A stretch of 64,000 nucleotides of DNA from contig CAXXLF010000001.1 of the NCBI GenBank assembly GCA_963664015.2, forward strand, positions 1,152,001 to 1,216,000. The letters are read 5' to 3'. This DNA is from Candidatus Binatia bacterium. GTDB taxonomy: Bacteria > Desulfobacterota > Binatia > UBA9968 > CAXXLF01. Position numbers and translations under genes: made by a program. The notes beneath the pieces were generated by a model, which was not told the DNA's origin, searched no databases, and saw only the letters and a program-made list of their open reading frames with translations. How positions within the stretch are numbered: the stretch's first letter is position 1; each line of letters starts with the position of its first letter. Positions 20,177 to 28,900 of this stretch are shown here, one piece after another.

Positions 20177-20890
20177 CTACTGGGAGAGCTCGAAGCTGAC
20201 CTTGACGTCCTGCTTAGCCCCCACGGTTACCTTCTGGCTCTTCTTACCGAGGGTTTCGTGCCAGACCTCCAGCATATACGTCCCCGGGGGTACATCGGTC
20301 AGCTGAAAGGCCCCTTGGTCATTGGTGACACTAAAATAAGGATTTGCGGCGACGAATAACCAACCGCTCATCCAACTGTGGACGTCACACTTGACGGAAA
20401 CCGCCTCGGGTTTATCAAGCTTCACCGTTAGTTTCTTCTTGAATTTGGGCTGAGCCCGATTGAATGGCTTGTTGACCTTACTGTACGTGTGAATATTGTG
20501 CAGAATCTTATCGGGATTCAAGATCTCCACGGTTGTTCCTGCCATGAAGGCGAGAACATGAGGATGGTACTCACATCCGTTCTGGTCGAAAGTGACCTTC
20601 ATGGGCACAATCTTCTTTCCCTTAGTGATGTCGGTTAGCGAGACCACCGCATTGACCAGGTTACCGTTGGAAACGATTAGGGAAGGTTCCGTTTTGGCTG
20701 TCTTGCCACAGGCCTTCTTGTCTTTGGAAATCATCAATTTCTTTGGCGCAGGGGCGGTGCCCTTGAACTTGACGGCCCCTGAGATGGAGCCTCCGTTACT
20801 TACGGCACCTCCTTCGTAAGCGGTGGCAACGGCGGCCTGGATCACCATACAGGCGATTAGAGCAAATAAAGGAATTATCTTGCGTATCAT
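20177..20890 (-). CDS. Exported cupredoxin-like protein with carboxypeptidase-regulatory-like beta domain
   Basis: Signal peptide, HNIH and CDVHSWM (His/Cys/His/Met type-1 Cu pattern), C-terminal VPPGTY.LEVWHE. Confidence 0.75.
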   Translation of the reverse strand: MIRKIIPLFALIACMVIQAAVATAYEGGAVSNGGSISGAVKFKGTAPAPKKLMISKDKKACGKTAKTEPSLIVSNGNLVNAVVSLTDITKGKKIVPMKVTFDQNGCEYHPHVLAFMAGTTVEILNPDKILHNIHTYSKVNKPFNRAQPKFKKKLTVKLDKPEAVSVKCDVHSWMSGWLFVAANPYFSVTNDQGAFQLTDVPPGTYMLEVWHETLGKKSQKVTVGAKQDVKVSFELSQ

Positions 20891-20991
20891 TGGAGCCTCC
20901 TGGATGAATTAGCAGTTAAATAAAATTGGGGCACACGACCCTCGGCCGCCGCACGATTTCGATACCCGTCTATGACACCTTCAGAGGTATC

Positions 20992-23637
20992 CTATCCTCC
21001 GGCGGCACCGGATCGTCCCAGCGTCATGATGTAGTCCCTCAGCGCCTCGATCTGACGATCATCTTTACCGCCAAGGATATCATCCGGGCCCCCGGGATAA
21101 TAGGAGGGCATCTTGGTGCCAGGTTGGACCTTCTGTGGATCCTGAAGCCACTTGATGACCCAGTAGGGATTCAGTCGGCTGCGCGCTAAAGTCAGATCTG
21201 GAGCCCAGCCCTCCGGGGGTCCCTCGGGTTTCTTTTCCCCCTGCTGGTGGCAACTTAAACAGTCGAAATAGTCCTTAGAGAACATACGCCGGGCAGCCGG
21301 GATATGCTCCGGCGGGACGCTTCCATCATCAAAATGAACATAGGGGATTCGCACCTTGGAAAGTCCGTTAAAATAGGACACCAGCAGATTGGTCTCCTCA
21401 TCCGAAAAGCCGAAACTGGGCATGCGGATCTGGAGCCAAGGACGTACCGGAATCGGCGCCTTCAAAAATGCGAAGAGCCAGTTGGACTGAACCTTCTCCC
21501 CCTCGCCATTGAGGTTTGGCGGGGCTAAGTTTTTGTTTTCGTAGTACTTCTGAACAAAGCCGCCCCGACTCTCGATGGTATGGCAGCCGATGCAATTATA
21601 CTGATGCATCAGCCTGCGCCCTTCCACGATGTTCATAACCTCTTCACTGTTGTTGGCAGCGTAGCCGGCAGGAACCTCGCTCTCTTTGAAGGTTGCCAGC
21701 AGGACACGTAAGGCCTTGGCATCTTCGTCGGAGAGGTTGAACTGGGGCATCAACTGATCGACCCTTGGAGTGATGTAGATCCTAGGGGTCTTCAGCTTGT
21801 TGAAAGTCCAATCGTCCCAGGTCTCGTGGATATCCTTCCTGTTACCAAAAGAGAGTTCTTCCAGAAACTTGGATCCAAACGTCGTCAACTCAACACCGAT
21901 TCTAGATTCCTTCTCCATCCCCGGTATATCGTGACACCCGAAGCAGCCATACTTACGGATCAAGGCCTCGCCCCGCTTCGCGTTGCCCGCATCGGCCAGG
22001 CGTTGCTCAATACCCCGGATTCCAGCTCCCTTCCCCCCCAGCGTCATCAAATAAGCCGTAATGGACAACGCCTCTTGGTCAGTCAGACGGAGGCTCGGCA
22101 TACGCGTATCGGGCGAAAAATCACGCGGGTTTTTTAGCCAGTGATAGGTCCATTGAGGCCCCACCTTGGCGGCGACATCTTTCAGATTGGGGATTAAATC
22201 CTTGTTGGTCCCCAGGGCCGTGGAGAACTCCCCATCGGCAAAGCCGTGACACCCCTTGCAGCCAATGGAATTTACGAGTTCCCTTCCCCGAGTCACCAGC
22301 TGGTCGGCCTGGCCACGATAACCAGCAGGGAGGGGATGATCCTTTAACCACTTATCCCCGTCCGTTTTCGACCTCGTCCATAGGTAGGAGGCAATAGCCA
22401 CGGCCTGGTCTTCGTTAAGACCGAAATTGGGCATCCGGGTGCGAGACCGAAACTTGTGGGGGTCCTGAATCCAGCTGATAGCCCAACTGGGGTCGACCTT
22501 GGCACTGATGCGCCTGAGACTGGGACCGACCTTGGGAATGTTCTCGTGGCCTTCCACCAGATGACAGCCTGTGCAACCGATCTGCTCAAAGAGTCTTTGT
22601 CCTTGGGCGAGGATTTTTGCGTCTTGATGAGGCTGCACATTTTGGTGGCAAGCCGCGCAGCTGGATTGGACCTTGGCCCCTCGAAGTAGCGGGTACTCCC
22701 AGTACTTAACCTCCCCATGGGCCTGTTCGATACTGTTAACAGCAACCCCTTGGCCTTGATGGCAAGCCGTACAGCCGAACTTTTCGGGGGGGTGCGCATT
22801 ATCCGCCAGGAGAACCTCCCGGCGAGGATGGGTTCGGAACGGATGGGGTTCGTTTTCAAAACCAGGCCGGTTGATGGCCTTGTGACAGCTCTGGCAACGG
22901 TCTACCCGCGCGACAGGCTTATCAAAGTTGTTTCGATCGAACTCAGTTAAAACCACCTGTTCGATCTTGGGAATCTTATATAAAGACACAGGTCCCAGGC
23001 TCACGGTGGCATTGTCCATCACCCTGATCCATCGGTCCCGATTGCGCGCGAGATTGGAGATCTCTGCTTCTAGATCCTTGACATTCGACTGGACTGCCTT
23101 GATTTGTTCTTTGACCTGCAGGCGCTGCTGTCGAACCTTTTCAAGTTCGGGTTCGAGTCCGGCTTGCTCTGCATCCAACTGCTTGATCCGATCTTCATAG
23201 ACACGGACGCCCCGGCCCTGTTGGATCGCATGGTCGTACTCGTACCAGACCTCTTCCAGCCCGCTCTTGATGAACTTGACCTCTTGATCTACCTCGTTGA
23301 ACCGGATATCGACGACCTTTTCTTCCTCGAGCAGCCGGGCAAGCCGGGTAGCCAATTCTCCACCGTCCAGACTAGCGCGCTGAACTGCGATTTTCTTAGC
23401 CAATTCCTGATACTTGGGATCAGTCTGAAGCTTTTTATCCTCCGCCCCATAGGCCGCCTGGGCCTTTGCGTAATCCATACGGTAGAATTCGGCCTGATAC
23501 CGCTTCCACGGTCTGCGTGTAAAGTTGTCGTCGTACAAAGCCCACAGGCTCAACCCGACGAGGAGACACACCCCCAGGAAGAAAATGGTTCCGTATGACT
23601 TCCGCTCTTCTACTGGATCAAAGCCCCTGACCGCCAT
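20992..23637 (-). CDS. Membrane-anchored octaheme cytochrome c
   Basis: Eight CxxCH motifs (CQSCH, CTACH, CAACH, CTGCH, CKGCH, CFGCH, CIGCH, CLSCH), N-terminal TM and long coiled coil. Confidence 0.92.
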   Translation of the reverse strand: MAVRGFDPVEERKSYGTIFFLGVCLLVGLSLWALYDDNFTRRPWKRYQAEFYRMDYAKAQAAYGAEDKKLQTDPKYQELAKKIAVQRASLDGGELATRLARLLEEEKVVDIRFNEVDQEVKFIKSGLEEVWYEYDHAIQQGRGVRVYEDRIKQLDAEQAGLEPELEKVRQQRLQVKEQIKAVQSNVKDLEAEISNLARNRDRWIRVMDNATVSLGPVSLYKIPKIEQVVLTEFDRNNFDKPVARVDRCQSCHKAINRPGFENEPHPFRTHPRREVLLADNAHPPEKFGCTACHQGQGVAVNSIEQAHGEVKYWEYPLLRGAKVQSSCAACHQNVQPHQDAKILAQGQRLFEQIGCTGCHLVEGHENIPKVGPSLRRISAKVDPSWAISWIQDPHKFRSRTRMPNFGLNEDQAVAIASYLWTRSKTDGDKWLKDHPLPAGYRGQADQLVTRGRELVNSIGCKGCHGFADGEFSTALGTNKDLIPNLKDVAAKVGPQWTYHWLKNPRDFSPDTRMPSLRLTDQEALSITAYLMTLGGKGAGIRGIEQRLADAGNAKRGEALIRKYGCFGCHDIPGMEKESRIGVELTTFGSKFLEELSFGNRKDIHETWDDWTFNKLKTPRIYITPRVDQLMPQFNLSDEDAKALRVLLATFKESEVPAGYAANNSEEVMNIVEGRRLMHQYNCIGCHTIESRGGFVQKYYENKNLAPPNLNGEGEKVQSNWLFAFLKAPIPVRPWLQIRMPSFGFSDEETNLLVSYFNGLSKVRIPYVHFDDGSVPPEHIPAARRMFSKDYFDCLSCHQQGEKKPEGPPEGWAPDLTLARSRLNPYWVIKWLQDPQKVQPGTKMPSYYPGGPDDILGGKDDRQIEALRDYIMTLGRSGAAGG

Positions 23638-23702
23638 GGTATCTCGCTCACGCCACCTTTCGTTCTAGGGTATCTCGCTCACGTGGCCTTTCGCTCTAGG
23701 GT
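23638..23702. repeat. Imperfect 31-bp tandem duplication
   Basis: GGTATCTCGCTCACG(CCA/TGG)CCTTTCG(T/C)TCTAG occurs twice in tandem. Confidence 0.85.
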
Positions 23703-23846
23703 TCGGCCCATAGCAAACAGACCGACTCCAAATATAGTCAGAACGATCTCTTCGGCCATGGAGCTATTCTTTATGATGCCTACATACAGGGCATAGCCCA
23801 CGTCGGCCATCCCGATTGCCTGGAGAATCTTTGCCACGTAAAACAT
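23679..23846 (-). CDS. 55-aa two-TM membrane protein within the Rieske/cyt b operon (not in ORF track)
   Basis: MFYVAKILQAIGMADVGYALYVGIIKNSSMAEEIVLTIFGVGLFAMGRTLERKAT; its ATG overlaps the upstream TGA (TGATG). Confidence 0.7.
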   Translation of the reverse strand: MFYVAKILQAIGMADVGYALYVGIIKNSSMAEEIVLTIFGVGLFAMGRTLERKAT

Positions 23847-24619
23847 CAGATATTAAACCAGGGAGTCACCCACACGTACTTCACGTTGAAGGCAAGACGT
23901 AAAATCATTTTAACGGGAAGTGCCATCATGATAACGACGAGAAACGCAGTGATACCAAAGCGTACGGGCCCCCACCGGAGCATGAATTCCTTGCCCTTGA
24001 CCCAGATGACCCAACGATGAAAGATCCCGATTGAGATCAAAATATAACCAAAGACACAGACTGCGCCAAACACCGAAGACCAGATGTAGTCCCGAAATCC
24101 GAGCAGGTAAGGCAGATCCACATTGGTCATGGCCACAACCTTATGGGGATCCCACCGGTCCCAGGGCCAGAACAGGTTCCAGCCCGGTCCGCGAAAAAAG
24201 GTCCCAATGATAATCATAATCACCCAGAGGACATGGAATCCGAAAACGAAGGTCAAGATCTCGTATTTACGCTCTTTAAATGTGTAGTAGCCGTTTCCCT
24301 TGGTATTGGTATCGATGAAAGGAATAACCATGAGGCCCACGATAATAAGGGTCGGTAGTACAACACCCGCATGCCAGGGATCGAAATAGACCAGCATTTC
24401 CTGCAGACCCAGAAAATACCAGGGGGCCTTTGAGGGATTGGGCGTACGGGTCGGATCGGCAGGCTCCTCGAGCGGGGCATCCACTCCCAGCGACCACAGG
24501 ATCAATACCACCATGACGAATAAGGCAACAAGGAACTCCACCCGGACCAAATGGGGCCAGGTGTGTATCTTATCGTCGATGATGGAAGACCGTCTTCTTT
24601 CCTCATTCGCTTCGGCCAT
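23846..24619 (-). CDS. Cytochrome b C-terminal subunit (subunit IV/PetD-like), extended
   Basis: APLEEPADP..TPNPSKAPWYFLG, PFID, extra C-terminal TMs. Confidence 0.88.
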   Translation of the reverse strand: MAEANEERRRSSIIDDKIHTWPHLVRVEFLVALFVMVVLILWSLGVDAPLEEPADPTRTPNPSKAPWYFLGLQEMLVYFDPWHAGVVLPTLIIVGLMVIPFIDTNTKGNGYYTFKERKYEILTFVFGFHVLWVIMIIIGTFFRGPGWNLFWPWDRWDPHKVVAMTNVDLPYLLGFRDYIWSSVFGAVCVFGYILISIGIFHRWVIWVKGKEFMLRWGPVRFGITAFLVVIMMALPVKMILRLAFNVKYVWVTPWFNI

Positions 24620-24644
24620 TTTAAATCACCCTCTCAGACACTTG

Positions 24645-25415
24645 TTACAGCGGTGGCCCCGAGAAGCCGTCTCGCCGTATGCGCCAGAAATGAACCGCCA
24701 TGAGCAGACTGGCGACCAGGGGGATAAAGATGCAGTGAAGAATATAGAAACGGAGCAATGTATGAGGCCCAATCTCACCACCACCAAATAAAAACGCTCG
24801 GGCATCGTAGATCGGGTTGGCACCGACGAACTCGGCAAAGGGCCCTTCGTGACCCAGCAGTGGCGCTGCACGCGCCATATTGGAGCCCACGGTAACCGCC
24901 CAGATGGAAAGCTGGTCCCAGGGCAGGAGGTAGCCTGTAAAACTCAACAGCAGAGTCAATACCAGCAATAGGACGCCCACGATCCAGTTAAATTCTCGCG
25001 GCGGCTTGTAGGAGCCGGTGAGAAAGACACGAAACATATGGAGCCAGACAAAAGTCACCATGGCATGGGCCGCCCATCGGTGCATGTTGCGCATGAGCAT
25101 GCCGAAGGGCATATCGAACTCCAGGTATTTCATATCCGCATAGGCATATTCGGCTACCGGCCGATAATAAAACATGAGGTAAATTCCTGTCACCGCAGTC
25201 ACCAGAAACATGAGGAAGGTCAATCCTCCCATGCACCAAGTAAACCGCATCCTCACCGAATGCCTGCGCACTTTGGCCGGATGGAGATGAAGCCAGATAT
25301 TGGAGGTGACCATCATAACACGATTTCTTGGAGTGTCCTCGTAACCGTGCCGGAAGATGGCCTTCCAGACCTGACTCTCAACGATTTCCTTTTTAAGTTC
25401 GTCCAATTTAATCAT
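24645..25415 (-). CDS. Cytochrome b N-terminal subunit (cytochrome b6/PetB-like)
   Basis: WCMGG, RNMHRWAAH, LHMFRVF, KPPREFNW, TGYLLPWDQ, RFYILH, HFWRIR. Confidence 0.93.
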   Translation of the reverse strand: MIKLDELKKEIVESQVWKAIFRHGYEDTPRNRVMMVTSNIWLHLHPAKVRRHSVRMRFTWCMGGLTFLMFLVTAVTGIYLMFYYRPVAEYAYADMKYLEFDMPFGMLMRNMHRWAAHAMVTFVWLHMFRVFLTGSYKPPREFNWIVGVLLLVLTLLLSFTGYLLPWDQLSIWAVTVGSNMARAAPLLGHEGPFAEFVGANPIYDARAFLFGGGEIGPHTLLRFYILHCIFIPLVASLLMAVHFWRIRRDGFSGPPL

Positions 25416-25421
25416 GTTCGA

Positions 25422-25946
25422 TCACACCTTCACGATACTTTCTGGATGCTGCTCGTCGGGCTCCACCCCGGGCCCCATTCTCAGGACCCGGCTCTTGTCC
25501 ACCACCAGCTGCCCATCGTCAGCCAGGCGGATCTCGAAACGGTCCAGGGGCCGAGGTGCAGGGCCCTCGAAATTCAGACCGCTTTTAAAAAACCCGCTCC
25601 CATGGCATGGGCATTTGAACTTGTTTTCCGCTGTCAACCAACGGGGCGTACATCCCAGATGGGTGCATTTGGCGAAAATGGCGTAGAACCCCTTCTCTTC
25701 GCGCACGATCCAAACGCGGAAATCTTTTTTAAACTTTTCACTGACTTCACCAATGGTGTAATCGGAAGGTAACCCTGCCTTAAAGGTAGAGGGGGGTTCG
25801 AAGAGAACCCGGGGAAATGCGGAGCGTAATAAACCGACGAGAGTCAAACCCGAAAAGACACCAAAGCCACCCCAACCAAAGCGGGTAAAAAAGTCGCGAC
25901 GACTCCAGATGCCTCGCTTTTTTTCCTTTGCTTTCGCCTCTGCCAT
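25422..25946 (-). CDS. Rieske [2Fe-2S] subunit of a Rieske/cytochrome b complex
   Basis: Tat motif SRRDFF, CTHLGC and CPCHGS boxes, GPAPRPL. Confidence 0.95.
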   Translation of the reverse strand: MAEAKAKEKKRGIWSRRDFFTRFGWGGFGVFSGLTLVGLLRSAFPRVLFEPPSTFKAGLPSDYTIGEVSEKFKKDFRVWIVREEKGFYAIFAKCTHLGCTPRWLTAENKFKCPCHGSGFFKSGLNFEGPAPRPLDRFEIRLADDGQLVVDKSRVLRMGPGVEPDEQHPESIVKV

Positions 25947-25955
25947 CGTTGACTC

Positions 25956-26303
25956 CTATCCCTTCATCCAGCTTAGAATCAATCCCCATGTGACAAAGAA
26001 TGCACCGCCTAGCATGAGGAGCAGCCCCACAGGGCCAAAGATAAAAGATAGCCCCGCACCCAAGAAAAAGATAAGAGCACCGAATCCCAACGGGTTAAAT
26101 GGCCTTGCTGATGCCTCTCCCGTTGCCTTCTCCGCCGCTGCGCCCTGGTTCATCTCCTCTCGGACAAGGCTAAAAGCCATATCCTTGAGATCATCCCGCC
26201 TCTCGGGTTCGACCGCCCGGATGAGACGACCGATCTCTTGGGCTAATCGCTCAACTTCATCTTCCGGGGTCTGCTGACCTGAATGGGGAGAGTTTGAAAT
26301 CAC
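25956..26303 (-). CDS. Hypothetical membrane protein (two C-terminal TMs)
   Basis: ORF fills the gap between dapB and the Rieske gene, 9 bp from the Rieske start. Confidence 0.7.
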   Translation of the reverse strand: MISNSPHSGQQTPEDEVERLAQEIGRLIRAVEPERRDDLKDMAFSLVREEMNQGAAAEKATGEASARPFNPLGFGALIFFLGAGLSFIFGPVGLLLMLGGAFFVTWGLILSWMKG

Positions 26304-26343
26304 TTAGAATAGCGTACTTGATTAATATAGAATCCTGGTTTTG

Positions 26344-27156
26344 TCAACCTAAAGTGTTCAATTTCAACAGGTCCTGCATACTGTAGAGCCCTTTCTTTTG
26401 CCCCACGATCCACTGGGCGGCCCGCACGGCGCCGCGGGCGAAGGTCTCTCGGCTTTGCGCGCGGTGAATAAACTCCAATCGCTCGCCTAATCCACCGAAA
26501 ATGACGGTGTGCTCCCCAACCACGTCCCCCGCCCGAACCGAAGAAAGACCGATCTCCTTTTTTCCTCGCTCACCGATCATCCCCTTGCGTCCAAAAACCC
26601 CGACACGATCCAAATCTCTACCCAGCGCCTTGGCAACAACTCGACCCAGGGCCAACGCGGTCCCGCTCGGCGCATCTTTTTTGAAGCGATGATGCACCTC
26701 CATGAGCTCGACGTCGTACTCCTGTCCCAGGGATTGGGCGACCGGGCCCAGTAGTCCCAAGAGCAGGTTGATACCAACGCTCATATTGGGAGCAACCAGC
26801 GCCCGGGTCTGCCGTGCGAGGACCTTGATTTGACTCCACTGCTTATCGGTAAAGCCCGTAGTCCCGATAACGATAGGCCATCGTTTCTTGGTGGCCTCCT
26901 TGAGATAACTAATAGAGGCCTCGGGCCAGCTGAAGTCGATAATGACGGGCCGGCCTTTCAACTCTGAAGCGATTCGGTCGCCTACGGGGACACCCAGTTG
27001 TCCCAGGCCGGCCAGTTCACCTGCGTCTTTACCGATGCGGGGACTTCCAGGACGATCCACAGCAGCGACCAGCTTGGCTCCCGGGGTTTCCTGAATCACA
27101 CGCACCACCGCGCCCCCCATACGACCGCCGACTCCACAAACGACAAGATTCAGCAA
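26344..27156 (-). CDS. dapB: 4-hydroxy-tetrahydrodipicolinate reductase
   Basis: GRMG, GTTG, EVHHRFKKDAPSGTA. Confidence 0.97.
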   Translation of the reverse strand: MLNLVVCGVGGRMGGAVVRVIQETPGAKLVAAVDRPGSPRIGKDAGELAGLGQLGVPVGDRIASELKGRPVIIDFSWPEASISYLKEATKKRWPIVIGTTGFTDKQWSQIKVLARQTRALVAPNMSVGINLLLGLLGPVAQSLGQEYDVELMEVHHRFKKDAPSGTALALGRVVAKALGRDLDRVGVFGRKGMIGERGKKEIGLSSVRAGDVVGEHTVIFGGLGERLEFIHRAQSRETFARGAVRAAQWIVGQKKGLYSMQDLLKLNTLG

Positions 27157-27164
27157 GGGGTTCC

Positions 27165-28043
27165 TCAGATCAGTTTATACTGGCCCAGGACCTTCCTGAG
27201 CCTCTGTAAATTTCCATCAGTCATGGGGGTAAGCGGTAAGCGCAGATCTCCCTGACATTTGCCCATAAGAGTCAGGGCGGTCTTGACCGGAATCGGATTG
27301 GTCTCCAAGAAAAGGCTTCGAATTAACGGGATGAGTTGAAACTGGATCCGTTTTCCCCTCTCCCAGTCTCCCTCGAAGCAAGCCCGCGTCAATTGGGACA
27401 TCTCCCTGGGAACCACGTTAGCTACCGTAGAAATCACTCCCTTGCCTCCCAACATCATGAGCGAGTAGGTCAAGGAATCCTCCCCCGAATAGACTGCGAG
27501 CCCATCTCCACAGAGTCTGATCACTTCGATGGCCTGGTCGATGGAGCCGGTGGCCTCTTTGACCCCCTCGATATTTTCAACTTCCGCAAGGCGAGCCAGG
27601 GTTTCGGGCTCGATCTTGGATCCCGTTCGCGACGGGATGTTATAGATGATCAGGGGAATCTTTACTGCGGCGGCGACCTTCTTGTAATGCTGATAGATAC
27701 CTTCCTGGGTGGGCCTATTGTAATAAGGAGATATCATCAATGCCCCGTCGGCACCGGCTTTTTCGGCGCCCCGGGTAAGTTCCATTGCCTCCAGGGTCGA
27801 GTTGGATCCCGTCCCCGCGATGACGGGAACACGGTTTTTGACGCTCTTGACCACCGCCTTAATGACTTGATCGTGCTCTTCATGGGAAAGGGTTGCTGAT
27901 TCTCCCGTGGTTCCGCAGGGAACGATCCCATGGGTTCCGTTCTCAATGTGGAATTCCACGAGCGACTCGAGGGCATCCCAATCCACTCGCCCCTCTTTGA
28001 ACGGCGTCACCAACGCCACCATGGAACCGGAAAAAACCATCAT
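27165..28043 (-). CDS. dapA: 4-hydroxy-tetrahydrodipicolinate synthase
   Basis: GTTGES, PYYN, YNIPSRT, GVKEA, NPIPVK. Confidence 0.97.
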   Translation of the reverse strand: MMVFSGSMVALVTPFKEGRVDWDALESLVEFHIENGTHGIVPCGTTGESATLSHEEHDQVIKAVVKSVKNRVPVIAGTGSNSTLEAMELTRGAEKAGADGALMISPYYNRPTQEGIYQHYKKVAAAVKIPLIIYNIPSRTGSKIEPETLARLAEVENIEGVKEATGSIDQAIEVIRLCGDGLAVYSGEDSLTYSLMMLGGKGVISTVANVVPREMSQLTRACFEGDWERGKRIQFQLIPLIRSLFLETNPIPVKTALTLMGKCQGDLRLPLTPMTDGNLQRLRKVLGQYKLI

Positions 28044-28052
28044 ACCCTCCTG

Positions 28053-28874
28053 CTAGACCGACACGGTGCCCTGAAAGACCTCTTCCGCTCCGCCTGTCAT
28101 ATAGACCCTATTGTCGGGCCTCCAATCTATGGACAGATCCCCACCCAAGAGATGAACGGCCACTTGCCTTTTGGTTTGACCGGTCATTGCCCCTACTACC
28201 ACCGCGGCGCAGGCGCCGGTACCACAAGCCCATGTTTCCCCTGCTCCGCGCTCCCACACCCGCATGCGCACCTCTCCGGGACCGAGGACCTTGACGAACT
28301 CCGTATTAATCCGGTTGGGGAAAAACGAATGGTGCTCGAATCGGGGACCGATATTCTGCAGATCGAGACTATCCAGGTCATCCACGAAGAGTACGCAGTG
28401 GGGATTTCCCATGGAAACACAACCGACCCGGTACTCCTTCCCATCGATCTCCAAGGCTTGCTCCAGGACCTTGCCATCGGCCTGAACCGGAATCTTTCGA
28501 CCGTCCACAATGGGCTCCCCCATATCCACTTCCACCTGGTTTCCCATTAGCCGCGGCCGAATGATGCCCGCGAGGGTTTCTACTTCCAGCTCGGTTTTCT
28601 TTGTCAGACCGTGATCGACGACGTACTTGGCAAAGCAACGAATCCCGTTGCCGCACATCTCTACCTGCCCACCGTCAGCGTTGTAAATGCCCATTCTGAA
28701 GTCCGCAACCTGGGAGGGATGAACGGTCAGAAACTGGTCCGCACCGACGCCAAAACGGCGATGGCAGAGTCGCCTGGCGAGAGCCTCGAGTCCTCGGGGT
28801 TCTCCTGGCATGCAGTCAATGACAATAAAGTCATTGCCGCAACCGTGCATTTTGGTGAACTTGAGATCCGACAT
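28053..28874 (-). CDS. dapF: Diaminopimelate epimerase
   Basis: KMHGCGNDF, EMCGNG, GNPH, ERGAGET.ACGTG. Confidence 0.97.
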   Translation of the reverse strand: MSDLKFTKMHGCGNDFIVIDCMPGEPRGLEALARRLCHRRFGVGADQFLTVHPSQVADFRMGIYNADGGQVEMCGNGIRCFAKYVVDHGLTKKTELEVETLAGIIRPRLMGNQVEVDMGEPIVDGRKIPVQADGKVLEQALEIDGKEYRVGCVSMGNPHCVLFVDDLDSLDLQNIGPRFEHHSFFPNRINTEFVKVLGPGEVRMRVWERGAGETWACGTGACAAVVVGAMTGQTKRQVAVHLLGGDLSIDWRPDNRVYMTGGAEEVFQGTVSV

Positions 28875-28900
28875 CGTCTTCGTTGCTTCCCTGCCAACGC

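Noticed and set aside
23638-23702. CRISPR array
   Set aside because: Only two adjacent units, no spacers, and no cas genes in the window
26318-26331. FNR/CRP box upstream of the Rieske operon
   Set aside because: TTGAT-N4-ATAGA has only one good half-site
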